Shown here in pieces: positions 1-13,913 of a stretch of DNA of 64,000 nt; the stretch's first letter is position 1, and each line of letters opens with the position of its first letter. The stretch is from Candidatus Latescibacterota bacterium. GTDB taxonomy: Bacteria > Latescibacterota > UBA2968 > UBA8231. A model generated the notes under the pieces. It saw only the letters and a program-made list of their open reading frames with translations, was not told the DNA's origin and searched no databases. The stretch covers positions 960,001 to 1,024,000 of the forward strand of contig OZ242318.1 in the NCBI GenBank assembly GCA_965208105.1, in the 5' to 3' direction. Made by a program: the position numbers and the translations under genes.

Positions 1-112
1 CAACGCCCTGCCCGGCGTGGTCGAGAACGGCCTCTTCATCGATCTGGCGGACCTGGTGATCGTCGGCGAGGAGAACGGCGAATGCCGCCAGTTGAACAGG
101 AGCGATCCATGA
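1..112 (+). CDS. rpiA: Ribose-5-phosphate isomerase A, C-terminal end (partial, runs off window)
   Basis: Frame from nt 2 reads NALPGVVENGLFIDLADLVIVG...*, matching the RpiA C-terminal PGVVE(N/H)GLF motif. TGA 110-112 overlaps the ATG of the next gene (ATGA). Confidence 0.8.
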   Translation, partial: NALPGVVENGLFIDLADLVIVGEENGECRQLNRSDP

Positions 113-1248
113 GCCGGAAAGACAACATCCCCGACGCATCGCCGAGGCGAGACTTCATCAAGAAGACCGGGCTGCTCTCCACCGCGGCCCTGCTGGCCGC
201 CTCCTGCGGCCCTGCGGAACGCAGCGCCCCACAACCTCGGACCCGCAAGACCTACAAGTGGAAGATGGTGACGGCCTGGCCCAAGAACTTCCCCGCCCTC
301 GGCACCGGGGCGAACCACCTGGCAGAGACCATCGAGCGCATGTCCGGTGGGCAGATCGAGGTCAAGGTCTACGGCGCGGGGGAACTGGTCCCCGCCGCCG
401 GGGTGTTCGACAGCGTCAGCCGCGGCACCGCCGAGATGGGGCACAGCGCCGCCTACTACTGGAAGGGCAAGCACGAGGCGGCCCAGTTCTTCTCGGCCGT
501 CCCCTTCGGCCTCAACGCCCTGGAGATCAACGGCTGGCTGCGCTACGGGGGCGGGCAGGAACTGTGGGACGAGCTCTACGCGGGGTTCAATCTGAAGCCG
601 TTCGCGGTGGGCAATACGGGGGTCCAGATGGGGGGCTGGTTCAACCGGGAGATCAACGGCCTGTCGGATTTCGTCGGCCTGCAGATGAGAATGCCGGGCC
701 TCGGCGGTGAAGTGCTGCGGCGGCTCAAGGCCACGGTGGTCAACCTCCCGGGCGGAGAGATCTTCCAGGCCCTCAAGACCGGGGCCATCGACGCCACCGA
801 GTGGGTCGGCCCCTACAACGACCTGGCCTTCGGCCTGCACCAGGCGGCGAGCTACTACTACTGGCCGGGCTGGCACGAGCCGGGCACGGCGCTCGAGGGC
901 ATGGTCAACAAGGAAGCCTACGACGCCCTGCCTCCACACCTGCAGGCCGTGGTCGCCGGGGCCTGCCAGGCGGCCAACGACGACATGCTCTCCGAGTTCG
1001 TCGCCAGGAACAACCCCGCCCTGCAGACCATGGTCTCCGAGCACAAGGTGCAGCTCAGGAAGTTTCCCGACCAGGTCATGCGGGGACTGGGAAGGGCATC
1101 GGCGGAGGTGGTGGCGGAGATCGCCGCGAAGGACCCCTTTTCCAAAAAGGTCTACGAGTCCTTCGACCGCTTCAGGAAGCAGTCCATCTCCTACACCAAG
1201 GTCTCCGAAGAAGCCTACACCCAGGCGCGCTCCCTTACCTTCGGCTAG
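109..1248 (+). CDS. dctP: TRAP transporter substrate-binding protein (DctP/TakP type), Tat signal, possible lipoprotein
   Basis: Twin-arginine RRDFIKK plus LLAASC. DctP motifs KWKMVTAWP, GNTGVQMGGWF, MRMPGLGG, IDATEWVGPYND, YYWPGWHEPG. Confidence 0.93.
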   Translation: MSRKDNIPDASPRRDFIKKTGLLSTAALLAASCGPAERSAPQPRTRKTYKWKMVTAWPKNFPALGTGANHLAETIERMSGGQIEVKVYGAGELVPAAGVFDSVSRGTAEMGHSAAYYWKGKHEAAQFFSAVPFGLNALEINGWLRYGGGQELWDELYAGFNLKPFAVGNTGVQMGGWFNREINGLSDFVGLQMRMPGLGGEVLRRLKATVVNLPGGEIFQALKTGAIDATEWVGPYNDLAFGLHQAASYYYWPGWHEPGTALEGMVNKEAYDALPPHLQAVVAGACQAANDDMLSEFVARNNPALQTMVSEHKVQLRKFPDQVMRGLGRASAEVVAEIAAKDPFSKKVYESFDRFRKQSISYTKVSEEAYTQARSLTFG

Positions 1249-1286
1249 GGCCCCGGCGCGGCGGCCGCGGGAAAGCTGCACAGCGG

Positions 1287-1769
1287 ATGGATCGAATCGA
1301 CAAGCTGGTGGGCAGGACCATCCCCTGGATGACCCTGTTCATGGTCCTGGTGACCTTCGCCATCGTGGTGCTGCGCTACGTCTTCGCCAGGGGTTGGGTG
1401 TGGATGCAGGAGATCGTGCTCTACATGCACGCCTTCGTCTTCCTGCTGGCCGCCGCCCATACCCTGGCGCGCGACGCCCACGTGCGCGTGGACATTCTCT
1501 ACCGCCCCCTGCCTAAGCGCAGGAAGGCACTGGTCAACCTCCTCGGCGCCATCCTTCTGCTCGTCCCCTCCTGCGCCGTCCTGCTCTACCAGTCCCTTCC
1601 CTTCGTCCTCGACTCGTGGCGCGTCCTCGAGGGCTCGAAGGACGGCGGCGGCCTCGAAGCGGTCTTCCTGCTCAAGACCGGCATCCCCGCCTTCTGCCTC
1701 CTTCTCCTGGTCCAGGCCTGGTCCGTCATCGCCCGCAGTCTCGAGGTCCTCAGAAAGCCCTCTCCATGA
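1287..1769 (+). CDS. dctQ: TRAP transporter small permease
   Basis: Four hydrophobic segments, HVRVDILY motif, located between dctP and dctM. Confidence 0.9.
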   Translation: MDRIDKLVGRTIPWMTLFMVLVTFAIVVLRYVFARGWVWMQEIVLYMHAFVFLLAAAHTLARDAHVRVDILYRPLPKRRKALVNLLGAILLLVPSCAVLLYQSLPFVLDSWRVLEGSKDGGGLEAVFLLKTGIPAFCLLLLVQAWSVIARSLEVLRKPSP

Positions 1770-3157
1770 CCGACCTGTTCCCCCTCCTGATGTTCGCGGC
1801 CACCTTCGCGGTCCTGCTGTCGGGATTTCCCGTGGCCTTCTGCCTGGCGGGCACCGCCATGGTGTTCGCCGCCGTCGGCGTGCTCAGCGGGGACTTCGAC
1901 GCGGTCTTCCTCTCCGCCCTCCCCGAGCGGGTCTTCGGAATCATGACCAACGAGACCCTCATCGCCGTTCCCCTCTTCGTCTTCATGGGGGTGGTCCTGG
2001 AGCGCTCCAGGATAGCGGAGGACCTGCTGGAGACCATGGCCCAGCTCTTCGGCGGCCTGCGGGGCGGCCTCGGCATCTCGGTGTGCCTGGTCGGAGGCCT
2101 TCTCGCCGCCTCCACCGGGATCGTCGGAGCCACGGTCGTGACCATGGGCCTCATTTCGCTGCCGGCCATGATGCACCGCAACTACTCCCCCGCCCTCTCG
2201 TCGGGGATCATCTGCGCATCGGGGACCCTCGGCCAGATCATTCCGCCGAGCATCGTCCTGGTGATTCTCGGCGACGTCATCAGCGCCGCCAACCAGCAGG
2301 CGCAGCTGCAGATGGGCAACTTCGCGCCCACCTCCGTCTCGGTCGGCGATTTGTTCATGGGCGCCCTGCTGCCGGGAATCGCGCTGATGTGCCTCTACAT
2401 CCTCTACGTCGTCATCATCGGCCTGTCCCGCCCCCTCCTGGTCCCCGCCATTCCCGCCGAGGAGCGGCCGTCCATAGCCAGTGCCGCCTTCCTGCGCCGG
2501 ATGGCGGTGGTCCTGGCCCCTCCCCTGGTCCTCATCGCCGGGGTGCTGGGCTCCATCCTCTTCGGCGTCGCCACGCCCACCGAGGCCGCCTCGGTCGGGG
2601 CCGTCGGGGCCATGGCCCTGTCCCTGGCCAAGGGGAAGTTCAGCCTGGCGTCGTTGAAGGAGGTCATGAGGACGACCACCGAGATCAACGCCATGGTCTT
2701 CACCATCCTCATCGGCGCCAGTGTGTTTTCGCTGGTGTTCCGGGGCTACGGCGGCGACGAGGTGGTGGAGCACCTGCTGCAGAACATGAGAGGGGGCGTC
2801 GTCGGCTCATTCCTGGTGGTGATGGCCCTCATGTTCGTCCTCGGGTTCTTCCTGGACTTCTTCGAGATCATCTTCGTGGTGGTGCCCATCGTCGGTCCCA
2901 TTCTGCTCAAGATGGGGCTGGACCCCGTCTGGCTCGGGGTGATGATCGCGATGAACCTGCAGACCTCCTTCCTCACGCCTCCATTCGGCTTCTCCCTGTT
3001 CTACCTGCGCGGCGTCGCGCCCAGGGAAATCAGCACCCCGCAGATCTACAGGGGAGCGGTCCCCTTCATCCTCATCCAGACGGCCATGCTGGTGCTGCTG
3101 TGGTTCTTTCCGGAGCTGGCCACCAAGGTCCCCGAAATTGCCTTCGCCAGGAACTGA
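1766..3157 (+). CDS. dctM: TRAP transporter large permease
   Basis: AVPLFVFMG, GTLGQIIPPSIVL, GVATPTEAA, NLQTSFLTPPFG. ATGA overlap with dctQ. Confidence 0.93.
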   Translation: MTDLFPLLMFAATFAVLLSGFPVAFCLAGTAMVFAAVGVLSGDFDAVFLSALPERVFGIMTNETLIAVPLFVFMGVVLERSRIAEDLLETMAQLFGGLRGGLGISVCLVGGLLAASTGIVGATVVTMGLISLPAMMHRNYSPALSSGIICASGTLGQIIPPSIVLVILGDVISAANQQAQLQMGNFAPTSVSVGDLFMGALLPGIALMCLYILYVVIIGLSRPLLVPAIPAEERPSIASAAFLRRMAVVLAPPLVLIAGVLGSILFGVATPTEAASVGAVGAMALSLAKGKFSLASLKEVMRTTTEINAMVFTILIGASVFSLVFRGYGGDEVVEHLLQNMRGGVVGSFLVVMALMFVLGFFLDFFEIIFVVVPIVGPILLKMGLDPVWLGVMIAMNLQTSFLTPPFGFSLFYLRGVAPREISTPQIYRGAVPFILIQTAMLVLLWFFPELATKVPEIAFARN

Positions 3158-3226
3158 CCGCAGGCCGGGCGGGAAGTCCATGCTCCAGCCAGTCCTCCCT
3201 TTGACCATCCCGGGCCCGCGCCAGGC

Positions 3227-3691
3227 TTACCGCGTCGCGCCACCTGCCCCGGCATCGCGGGACTGCTCCCCGGACTGCACCCCGACCCCGTACTTGTAGA
3301 CCAGGTCCCCGCCGTAGAGGGCCGCCTGCCACAGCAGCACGCAGGCCGCGGCGGAGGCGGCGATCAGGCCCTTGAGTCTCCAGTCCTGGTGGCGCCCAAG
3401 CAAGTGCAGCGGCAGCCGCCCCAGAACGATGCCCAGAAAGACGAAGAGGGCGATGGTGGCCAGGTCCTCGTGCCGGTCCATCTGCTCCTGGACCCCGGCG
3501 TGAGGCCAGCGGCTCGCTGCCTCGGTGCCGGTGAGCACGGCTGCAAGAGCGGCCAGGGTCCCCAGCACGAGCAGAGTGTAGGCGAGCAGGTGCCAGTCCG
3601 AGCGCCGCCTCCACCATGCCGCCAGATCCACGCAAACGCTCAGCGGCAGCAGGACCAGCGGAAAGTGCACTGCCACGGGATGCCACTCCAT
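3227..3691 (-). CDS. DUF2231-like four-TM membrane protein (His-containing, possibly heme-binding)
   Basis: MEWHPVAVHFPLVLL, MDRHEDLA and C-terminal GGDLVYKYGVGV are typical of DUF2231. Confidence 0.75.
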   Translation of the reverse strand: MEWHPVAVHFPLVLLPLSVCVDLAAWWRRRSDWHLLAYTLLVLGTLAALAAVLTGTEAASRWPHAGVQEQMDRHEDLATIALFVFLGIVLGRLPLHLLGRHQDWRLKGLIAASAAACVLLWQAALYGGDLVYKYGVGVQSGEQSRDAGAGGATR

Positions 3692-3967
3692 TTCATTCCC
3701 CCGGTTTCTGATTCTTCTCGGCTGTGGATTGTTCCCTGCCCGCGCGGCAGGAGGCAGGTTGACATCTGGCTGCCGGGTCAATATCATCACCGCGCTCGTC
3801 CCCGGCAAATCCCGCCGCCGAACCGCCGCGACAGGTGCTCCATCGGCCGTCGACAGCCCGACGACCCCATCTCCGCCTCAATCCTGCCGGCGCCGCGGCA
3901 TACCACCGGCTCTCCGCTCCGGGACAGTGGGAGGCCTCCTTCCCCGCGACCGCCAAGGACCGATGCC

Positions 3968-5101
3968 ATGAACGGAACCTTTCATTGCAGCTCCTGCGGC
4001 GCCGGCCACGGCAGCCGCACCCGGCACCACAAATGTCCGGCCTGCGGCGGCGCCCTGCGCTTCTCCCTGGAGGGTCTCTCCTTCCCCCGCGACAAAATCC
4101 GGGCGCGGCCCGCCAATATGTGGCGCTACGCCGAGGCTCTACCCGCCTTCGAGGAGCCGGTTTCCCTGGGGGAGCCCATGACTCCTCTGCTTCCTATGCA
4201 GATCAGAGACCTGCGCGTCCTGGCCAAGTGCGAGTTCGGCCTGCCCTCGGGCTCCTACAAGGACCGGGGCGCCGCCGTGCTCATGAGCTACCTGCGCGCC
4301 GTCGGGGTGGAGGAGGCGGTGGAGGACTCCTCCGGAAACGCCGGGGCCGCCGCCGCCGCCTACGCCGCCCGCGCCGGCATCCGCCTCAAGATCTTCTGTC
4401 CGGCCACCGCGGCGGCCGGCAAGTTGTTGCAGATCCGCCTCTTCAACGCCGAACTGGTGCGGGTCGAAGGACCGCGTCCGCGCGCCACCGCAGCCCTGCT
4501 GGACTACGTTGAGAAAAGCGGCGCGGTCTACGCCTCCCACCTGTGGCACCCGCTCTTCGTCGAGGGGGTGAAGACCATGGCCTTCGAGATCGTGGAGCAG
4601 CTGGGCTGGACGGCGCCCCACTCGGTGGTCTTCTCCGTCGGCGCCGGCAGCATCGCCCTGGGGCTTTACAGAGGATTCAGGGAATTGCGCGACGCCGCCG
4701 TCATCCCCCGCCTGCCTCGCCTCATTGCGGTGCAGGCGCGCAACGTCTGCCCGCTCTACACGGCCTTCAGGGAGGGAGCGGACCGCGTCGTGCCGCCCCC
4801 CGATCCTCGGCCGACCCTGGCCGAGGGCCTGGCCATGCCGGCGGTGGTCCACGGCGCCGAGATCCTCGAGGGCCTGCGCCGGTCGGAGGGTACGGTGGTC
4901 GCCGTGGAAGAAGAGGAGATCGTTGCCGGTGTGAAGAATTTCGGGGCTCGTGGATTCTGCGTGGAGCCCACCACCGCGGTGCTATGGGCGGGGCTGGAGC
5001 GGTCGAGGGAGGAAATTGCCATTCCCGCCGATCCTCCCTCCGTGCTGATCCTCTCCGGCCACGGCCTCAAAGCCTCCCAGACCCTGGCCGAGCTGCTGTA
5101 G
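3968..5101 (+). CDS. Threonine synthase-like PLP-dependent enzyme (fold type II)
   Basis: N-terminal CxxC...CxxC ribbon, SLGEPMTPL, PSGSYKDRG (PLP lysine), DSSGNAG, CVEPTTA, LSGHGLK. Confidence 0.85.
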   Translation: MNGTFHCSSCGAGHGSRTRHHKCPACGGALRFSLEGLSFPRDKIRARPANMWRYAEALPAFEEPVSLGEPMTPLLPMQIRDLRVLAKCEFGLPSGSYKDRGAAVLMSYLRAVGVEEAVEDSSGNAGAAAAAYAARAGIRLKIFCPATAAAGKLLQIRLFNAELVRVEGPRPRATAALLDYVEKSGAVYASHLWHPLFVEGVKTMAFEIVEQLGWTAPHSVVFSVGAGSIALGLYRGFRELRDAAVIPRLPRLIAVQARNVCPLYTAFREGADRVVPPPDPRPTLAEGLAMPAVVHGAEILEGLRRSEGTVVAVEEEEIVAGVKNFGARGFCVEPTTAVLWAGLERSREEIAIPADPPSVLILSGHGLKASQTLAELL

Positions 5102-5272
5102 TCCCCTCCTGGGCGGCCGCGGGCTGGATTCAGCGGAGCGCGCCGTCGTCGAGAGAATACCGAGCTTTGCCGCGGCCAGCGTCGGCACCATTGCCGAATT
5201 TTCCAGGTCCCGGCGGCCAGCTCGACGCCCTCCCATCCGGACAGAACAGGCGGGTCCGCGAATGGGGCCGCT

Positions 5273-6412
5273 CTAATAAACGCCCGGAAAAATCCTGTAC
5301 TTCACCCGCGCCTGGTACTCGGCCCACTTTTCGGCGCCGTATTTCCCGGCGCAGGACCGTTCGTCGAAGCGTTGGCGGAAGGTGAAAAAGGTGACGATGA
5401 AGACGAAGTAGGTCCAGGCCCAGGGATTGGTGAAGTAGCCGAATGCCAGGGCGATCGACAGGGAAAGGAACCCCTCGCCCATGTAGTTGAGGTGGCGGGC
5501 GACGCCCCACAGGCCACTGCACAGGATCCTGCGGTCACCGGCCTCGATGTACTCGGGCTCGATGAACCCGAGGAACTTGCGGTCGGGCCAGCGCTTGAAG
5601 GTGTATTTCTGCAGGTTGGCGCCGCGCGAGATTCCCCATCCGAAGAGAAACAGCACAGCCGTCCCAATGAGCCAGACATTCGTCCATGCCGGTGAGAACC
5701 CGGGGTCCGGGTGAACGGCCATGCCCCACAGGGGAAGGATGAACAGCCACCCGTAGACCACGAGGCCGCCCCAGATCAGCTTGAAGCCGAGTCTCTCGTG
5801 GATCAGATCGTAGGTATAGAGCTGGACGCGCTCGAAGATGAAATAGTCCAGGATGTAGAAGGTGAAGAACGCCGCATAGAGGAAAACTCCGGGGTTGGAG
5901 TCCGCGCCGAAGAGCTCGTGGTGGTACGCGGCCCCGGACAGGGCGTTGAGCGACAGCATCGTTCCACCGACGACGTATAAATACATCTTCACGTCGAAGC
6001 GGCCGTTGAAGAACGACAGTTCCTGCGCCCGCCCGTCCCACAGCGCCAGGAGCGGATTCCCTATCCTGCCTCGCGGCTGGCTGTAGACCGCAATGACCGC
6101 GAAAATGGTGGTGAAGACCGTTCCGCCGGCCACGGCATAGACCGAGGAGCGGTAGAACCAGTCACGCGGCATCCCGGTGAGCTCGAGGGCCCACGCGACC
6201 AGTGCGATGGCGAACACCAGGAGACCGTTGAGCCGGTAGCTGCGGGGTTGGCCGGTCTCCTGGTCGACGACGTAACCGGCAACCCTCCTGGCCGGCAGGA
6301 CCACCTGCGCCAGGAGAAACACGGCAAAGATCGCCAGCGGAGTGAAAAACCCCGCAAGCGCCTCCGTCCGGGACAGCTCGAAGAGATGGCCGATTCCGAG
6401 CCATTCAATCAC
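5273..6412 (-). CDS. ERG4/ERG24-family sterol reductase-like membrane protein
   Basis: Polytopic protein with YRLNGL, DLIHERLGFKLIWG, RGANLQKYTFK, LCSGLWGVARHLNYMGE and C-terminal DERSCAGKYG..W..Y..RVKYRIFPGVY. Confidence 0.88.
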   Translation of the reverse strand: MIEWLGIGHLFELSRTEALAGFFTPLAIFAVFLLAQVVLPARRVAGYVVDQETGQPRSYRLNGLLVFAIALVAWALELTGMPRDWFYRSSVYAVAGGTVFTTIFAVIAVYSQPRGRIGNPLLALWDGRAQELSFFNGRFDVKMYLYVVGGTMLSLNALSGAAYHHELFGADSNPGVFLYAAFFTFYILDYFIFERVQLYTYDLIHERLGFKLIWGGLVVYGWLFILPLWGMAVHPDPGFSPAWTNVWLIGTAVLFLFGWGISRGANLQKYTFKRWPDRKFLGFIEPEYIEAGDRRILCSGLWGVARHLNYMGEGFLSLSIALAFGYFTNPWAWTYFVFIVTFFTFRQRFDERSCAGKYGAEKWAEYQARVKYRIFPGVY

Positions 6413-6431
6413 GAGCGCACACCTTTATCGC

Positions 6432-10531
<4,100 letters not shown>

Positions 10532-10551
10532 GCAGTGGCCAGTGGCCATGA

Positions 10552-10659
10552 CCGCGCGGACTGGGGCTCGGTGACCTTCGTCCTGCGAGTTCGGTTCCTA
10601 GTCGAACCTCAATTCCAACGTGCACCTGCTCATGCTCGACGGGGTCTACGTCGACGGGG
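10552..10659 (+). mobile_element. Decayed IS91/ISCR-type rolling-circle transposase fragment
   Basis: With frameshifts and a stop it reads RTG/SVTFVLR/FGS*SNLNSNVHLLMLDGVYVDG, compared with the IS91-family TGAVTLIQRFGSALNLNVHFHMLFLDGVY HUH region. Confidence 0.7.
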
Positions 10660-11496
10660 ATGAAGCTGATGTTTAGACAAAACGCAGGAAAACTCTTGCC
10701 GGAGACTGGGAGCAACTACGATAGCCGCTGGTGGGCGCTGATCTACGACCGATGGAACGAGGCCGGCGGGCGCTCGGAACAGCATGAACGCGAGCTACAC
10801 TTTTATCGCGAACATCTGCAGGACACCCGCGGTGCTATCCTGGAGGCCGCCTGCGGAACTGGTTCCATTATGCTGCCTCTGCTGCTGAATGGGTTTGATA
10901 TCTCCGGGTTTGATACCTCTCTACCCATGCTGGGGGCACTCAGACGCAAGGCGGCAGGATTGGGCCTTTCCGGCATAGATTCTCGAATCACAAAACAGGA
11001 TCTCGTCGACTTCGGCTACGATCACCCGTTCGAAGCAGTGCTCATACCTGCCAGTTCCATCATGATGCTATCGACGCAGCAGAACCAGATCACCTGTCTG
11101 CGGCGAGTCCATGACTGTCTGCAGCCGGGCGGACGTCTGCTCCTAAACTTCTACATTCCCTCCTACACAGAAGACTTGCTCCTTCACCAGGACGCTCAGC
11201 CAACAGAGGAAGAATTCGGCAAGTTCGACCATCCCGAGACGGGTAGACCAATTGAGGTTTCTCATACAAAAGTATGTGATCTGGCAATTCAGACGGAGAT
11301 CTATACGTGGATCTTCAGGTATGACGGGGAGAGGGTCCAAGTGCCCATGCAGGCCCGATGGATCCACAAGGAGGAGTTCAAGTTGCTGCTACGCCTTGGT
11401 GGATTTGACAAGTGGGAGCTATACGGGAGCTACGACGGCAAGCCGTACGTAGGTTCCGAGCACATGGGTGATACCTACTGGATGGTGACCAAGTGA
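10660..11496 (+). CDS. Class I SAM-dependent methyltransferase
   Basis: ILEAACGTGS motif I, GFDTSLPML, LQPGGRLLLN. Start uncertain because it abuts the IS91 relic. Confidence 0.85.
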   Translation: MKLMFRQNAGKLLPETGSNYDSRWWALIYDRWNEAGGRSEQHERELHFYREHLQDTRGAILEAACGTGSIMLPLLLNGFDISGFDTSLPMLGALRRKAAGLGLSGIDSRITKQDLVDFGYDHPFEAVLIPASSIMMLSTQQNQITCLRRVHDCLQPGGRLLLNFYIPSYTEDLLLHQDAQPTEEEFGKFDHPETGRPIEVSHTKVCDLAIQTEIYTWIFRYDGERVQVPMQARWIHKEEFKLLLRLGGFDKWELYGSYDGKPYVGSEHMGDTYWMVTK

Positions 11497-11612
11497 TGGT
11501 GAAGGGTCCCTCCAAAGTTTACGGGAATCAGTTCCGGCCGAATCGTCCACATCCAGACCCATACTGATGGATTGCAGGGGCGTTGCACGGCCCTGATGGC
11601 GCGGAGAAATCA

Positions 11613-13781
11613 ATGAAAATCGTCGGGTACAGCGACCGTTTCAGCGTGCGGCCCGGGCAGACCATACGCTTCATGGTCAGCAGCGAAGCGCCCGCCTACC
11701 GCGCCCGACTCGTGCGCCTGCGGCATACGGACGCCAATCCCCAAGGTCCCGGCTGCAAAATCGAAGCGCTGGCATCCTCGATCAGCGGCGAGTACCCGGG
11801 CCGCTACCAGGCCATCCACAGCGGCTCCTACGCCGCCGTGCCGCACCACCCTTTGTTGAATTGCCCCAACGGGTTTACCCTGCGGGCATGGGTTTACCCC
11901 ACCACGCCGCAAAAGGGCCTGCAAGGGCTGTTGACCAAGCTGTCTGGCGAAGCGGGCTATGGCCTCTTTATCGCCGAGGACGGGTCACTGGCCCTGTGGA
12001 TCGGCGATGGGAGGCGGCTGGAAAGAGTTAGCACCGGCGTGGCCCTGCACACAGCGCAATGGCACAGTATCGCCGCCAGCTACGACGCGGCCACGGGCGA
12101 AGTCTGCCTCTGCCATGAGCTGCAGTCCACCTGGCCGGTGGACCGTGCCCGGACAGAAGTCCGCAAATCCATCAGTCCCCTAACTGTGGGAGAGAACCAG
12201 GCGGATTTGCTGATGGCCGCCGCATCGGGGCCGGTGGCCGCCCACCACTTCAATGGCAAGATCGACAATCCATTGCTCTACGGCCGCGCGCTCACCACGG
12301 CGGAGGCCGACGCCGACACCCCGGTCGCCAACTGGGACTTTTCCCTGGATATCGGCGGGGAAACAGTGCGCGACACCGAGGCCAACCAACTCCACGGCCG
12401 CACGGTCAACCTGCCGACCCGGGCCGTGACCGGGCACAACTGGACCGGCGACGAAGCCGATTTCAAAGCCGCCCCCAGCCAGTACGGGGCCATTCACTTC
12501 CACGACGACGACCTCGAAGACGCCCGGTGGGATGCCGCATTCGAGTGGACCGTGCCCTCAAACTGGCCGAGCGGCGTGTACGCGGCCCACTTGACCAGCG
12601 CCGACGCCGAGGATTATCTGCCCTTTTTCGTCGTCCCCCAAAAGGCCCAGGCCCGCATCGCCTTCCTGGCGTCCACGCTCACCTACCTGGTCTATGCCAA
12701 CCAGCGCTTCAACATTCCGATCCGCGCCATGCTGGACCAGGGCGAAAGCAGCGACGCCGCCCCGCAAGACCAGTACATGCAGGACCAGCGGCTCCTGAGC
12801 TGTTACGACCTGCACAGCGACGGCACGGGTGTCTGCTATTCGTCTCGGCTGCGGCCGATCGTCAACTTTCGTCCCCTCTACCGCATGCCCTCCCGCTCCC
12901 TGGCCGCGCACTGGCCTCGCCTGCTCAACGCCGATCTCCATCTGCTCGACTGGCTGGACACCAGGGGCTTTGCCTATGATGTGATCACCGACGACGAGTT
13001 GCACTGCGAAGGCAGCGAGTTGTTGGAGCCGTACCAGGTGGTCCTCACCGGCACTCACCCGGAGTACTGGACGGCGTCCATGCTCACTGGGCTGGAGGCC
13101 TACCAGGCAGAGGGCGGCCGCCTGATGTACCTGGGGGGCAACGGTTTCTACTGGATCGCCTCCTTCGACCACGGGCGTCCGCACATCGTCGAAGTCAGGC
13201 GCTGGCGGGGCTCCCGCGCCTGGGAGGCCGCGCCCGGCGAGTGCTTTCACAGCACCACGGGCGAGATGGGCGGCCTTTGGCGCTATCGCAACCGGGCGCC
13301 GCAAAAAATGGCCGGCGTTGGTTTCACCTCCCAGGGCGGAGGCCGCAACCGCCCCTACAAACGGCAGCCGGACAGTTTGGACCCCCGAGCTGCCTTTATC
13401 TTCGAGGGCCTGGATCCGGATGAATTGATCGGCGACTTTCCCGCCCTGGTCCTGGAGCACGGCGCCGGCGGCTTTGAAATCGACCGGCTCGACCGCGACC
13501 TGGGCACGCCCGGCCACGCCCTCCTGCTCGCTTCGGCCGAGGGCTTCACCGATCTGTACCAGGTGGCCATCGAGGACCAGTTGGTCTCGGACCCCAAAAC
13601 CGGCGGCAGCCGGAACCCCCTGGTGCGGTCCGACATGGTGTACTTTGAAGGTCCCAAGGGCGGCGCGGTATTCTCGGTGGGCTCTATAAGCTGGTGCAGT
13701 TGCCTTTCGCACAACCACGGCGACAACAATGTCTCCCGCATCACCGAGAACGTGCTGCGCCGCTTTGCAGATATAGATTGA
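11613..13781 (+). CDS. N,N-dimethylformamidase large (beta) subunit family protein with LamG-like insert
   Basis: GYSDRFSVRPG, HFHDDDLEDARW, TYLVYAN, SCYDLHSDG.GVCYSSRLRP, TGTHPEYW, LMYLGGNGFYW, VFSVGSISW. Confidence 0.88.
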   Translation: MKIVGYSDRFSVRPGQTIRFMVSSEAPAYRARLVRLRHTDANPQGPGCKIEALASSISGEYPGRYQAIHSGSYAAVPHHPLLNCPNGFTLRAWVYPTTPQKGLQGLLTKLSGEAGYGLFIAEDGSLALWIGDGRRLERVSTGVALHTAQWHSIAASYDAATGEVCLCHELQSTWPVDRARTEVRKSISPLTVGENQADLLMAAASGPVAAHHFNGKIDNPLLYGRALTTAEADADTPVANWDFSLDIGGETVRDTEANQLHGRTVNLPTRAVTGHNWTGDEADFKAAPSQYGAIHFHDDDLEDARWDAAFEWTVPSNWPSGVYAAHLTSADAEDYLPFFVVPQKAQARIAFLASTLTYLVYANQRFNIPIRAMLDQGESSDAAPQDQYMQDQRLLSCYDLHSDGTGVCYSSRLRPIVNFRPLYRMPSRSLAAHWPRLLNADLHLLDWLDTRGFAYDVITDDELHCEGSELLEPYQVVLTGTHPEYWTASMLTGLEAYQAEGGRLMYLGGNGFYWIASFDHGRPHIVEVRRWRGSRAWEAAPGECFHSTTGEMGGLWRYRNRAPQKMAGVGFTSQGGGRNRPYKRQPDSLDPRAAFIFEGLDPDELIGDFPALVLEHGAGGFEIDRLDRDLGTPGHALLLASAEGFTDLYQVAIEDQLVSDPKTGGSRNPLVRSDMVYFEGPKGGAVFSVGSISWCSCLSHNHGDNNVSRITENVLRRFADID

Positions 13782-13913
13782 TTTGCTCGAAACGCCGTGG
13801 CCGGATGGGATCGGCCATCGGCTGCTTTCCCTCGGAGCGGCGACGATGGCGGCCCTGGGCCCCCGGGACGGCGACCGCCGCATCGTGCCGCCGGCGCTCC
13901 TGTGTTCGCCGTT

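Noticed and set aside
3968-5101. Assigning the symbol thrC
   Set aside because: Family motifs are clear but there is no thr-pathway context. It could be another fold-type II enzyme, such as a cysteate synthase-like protein.
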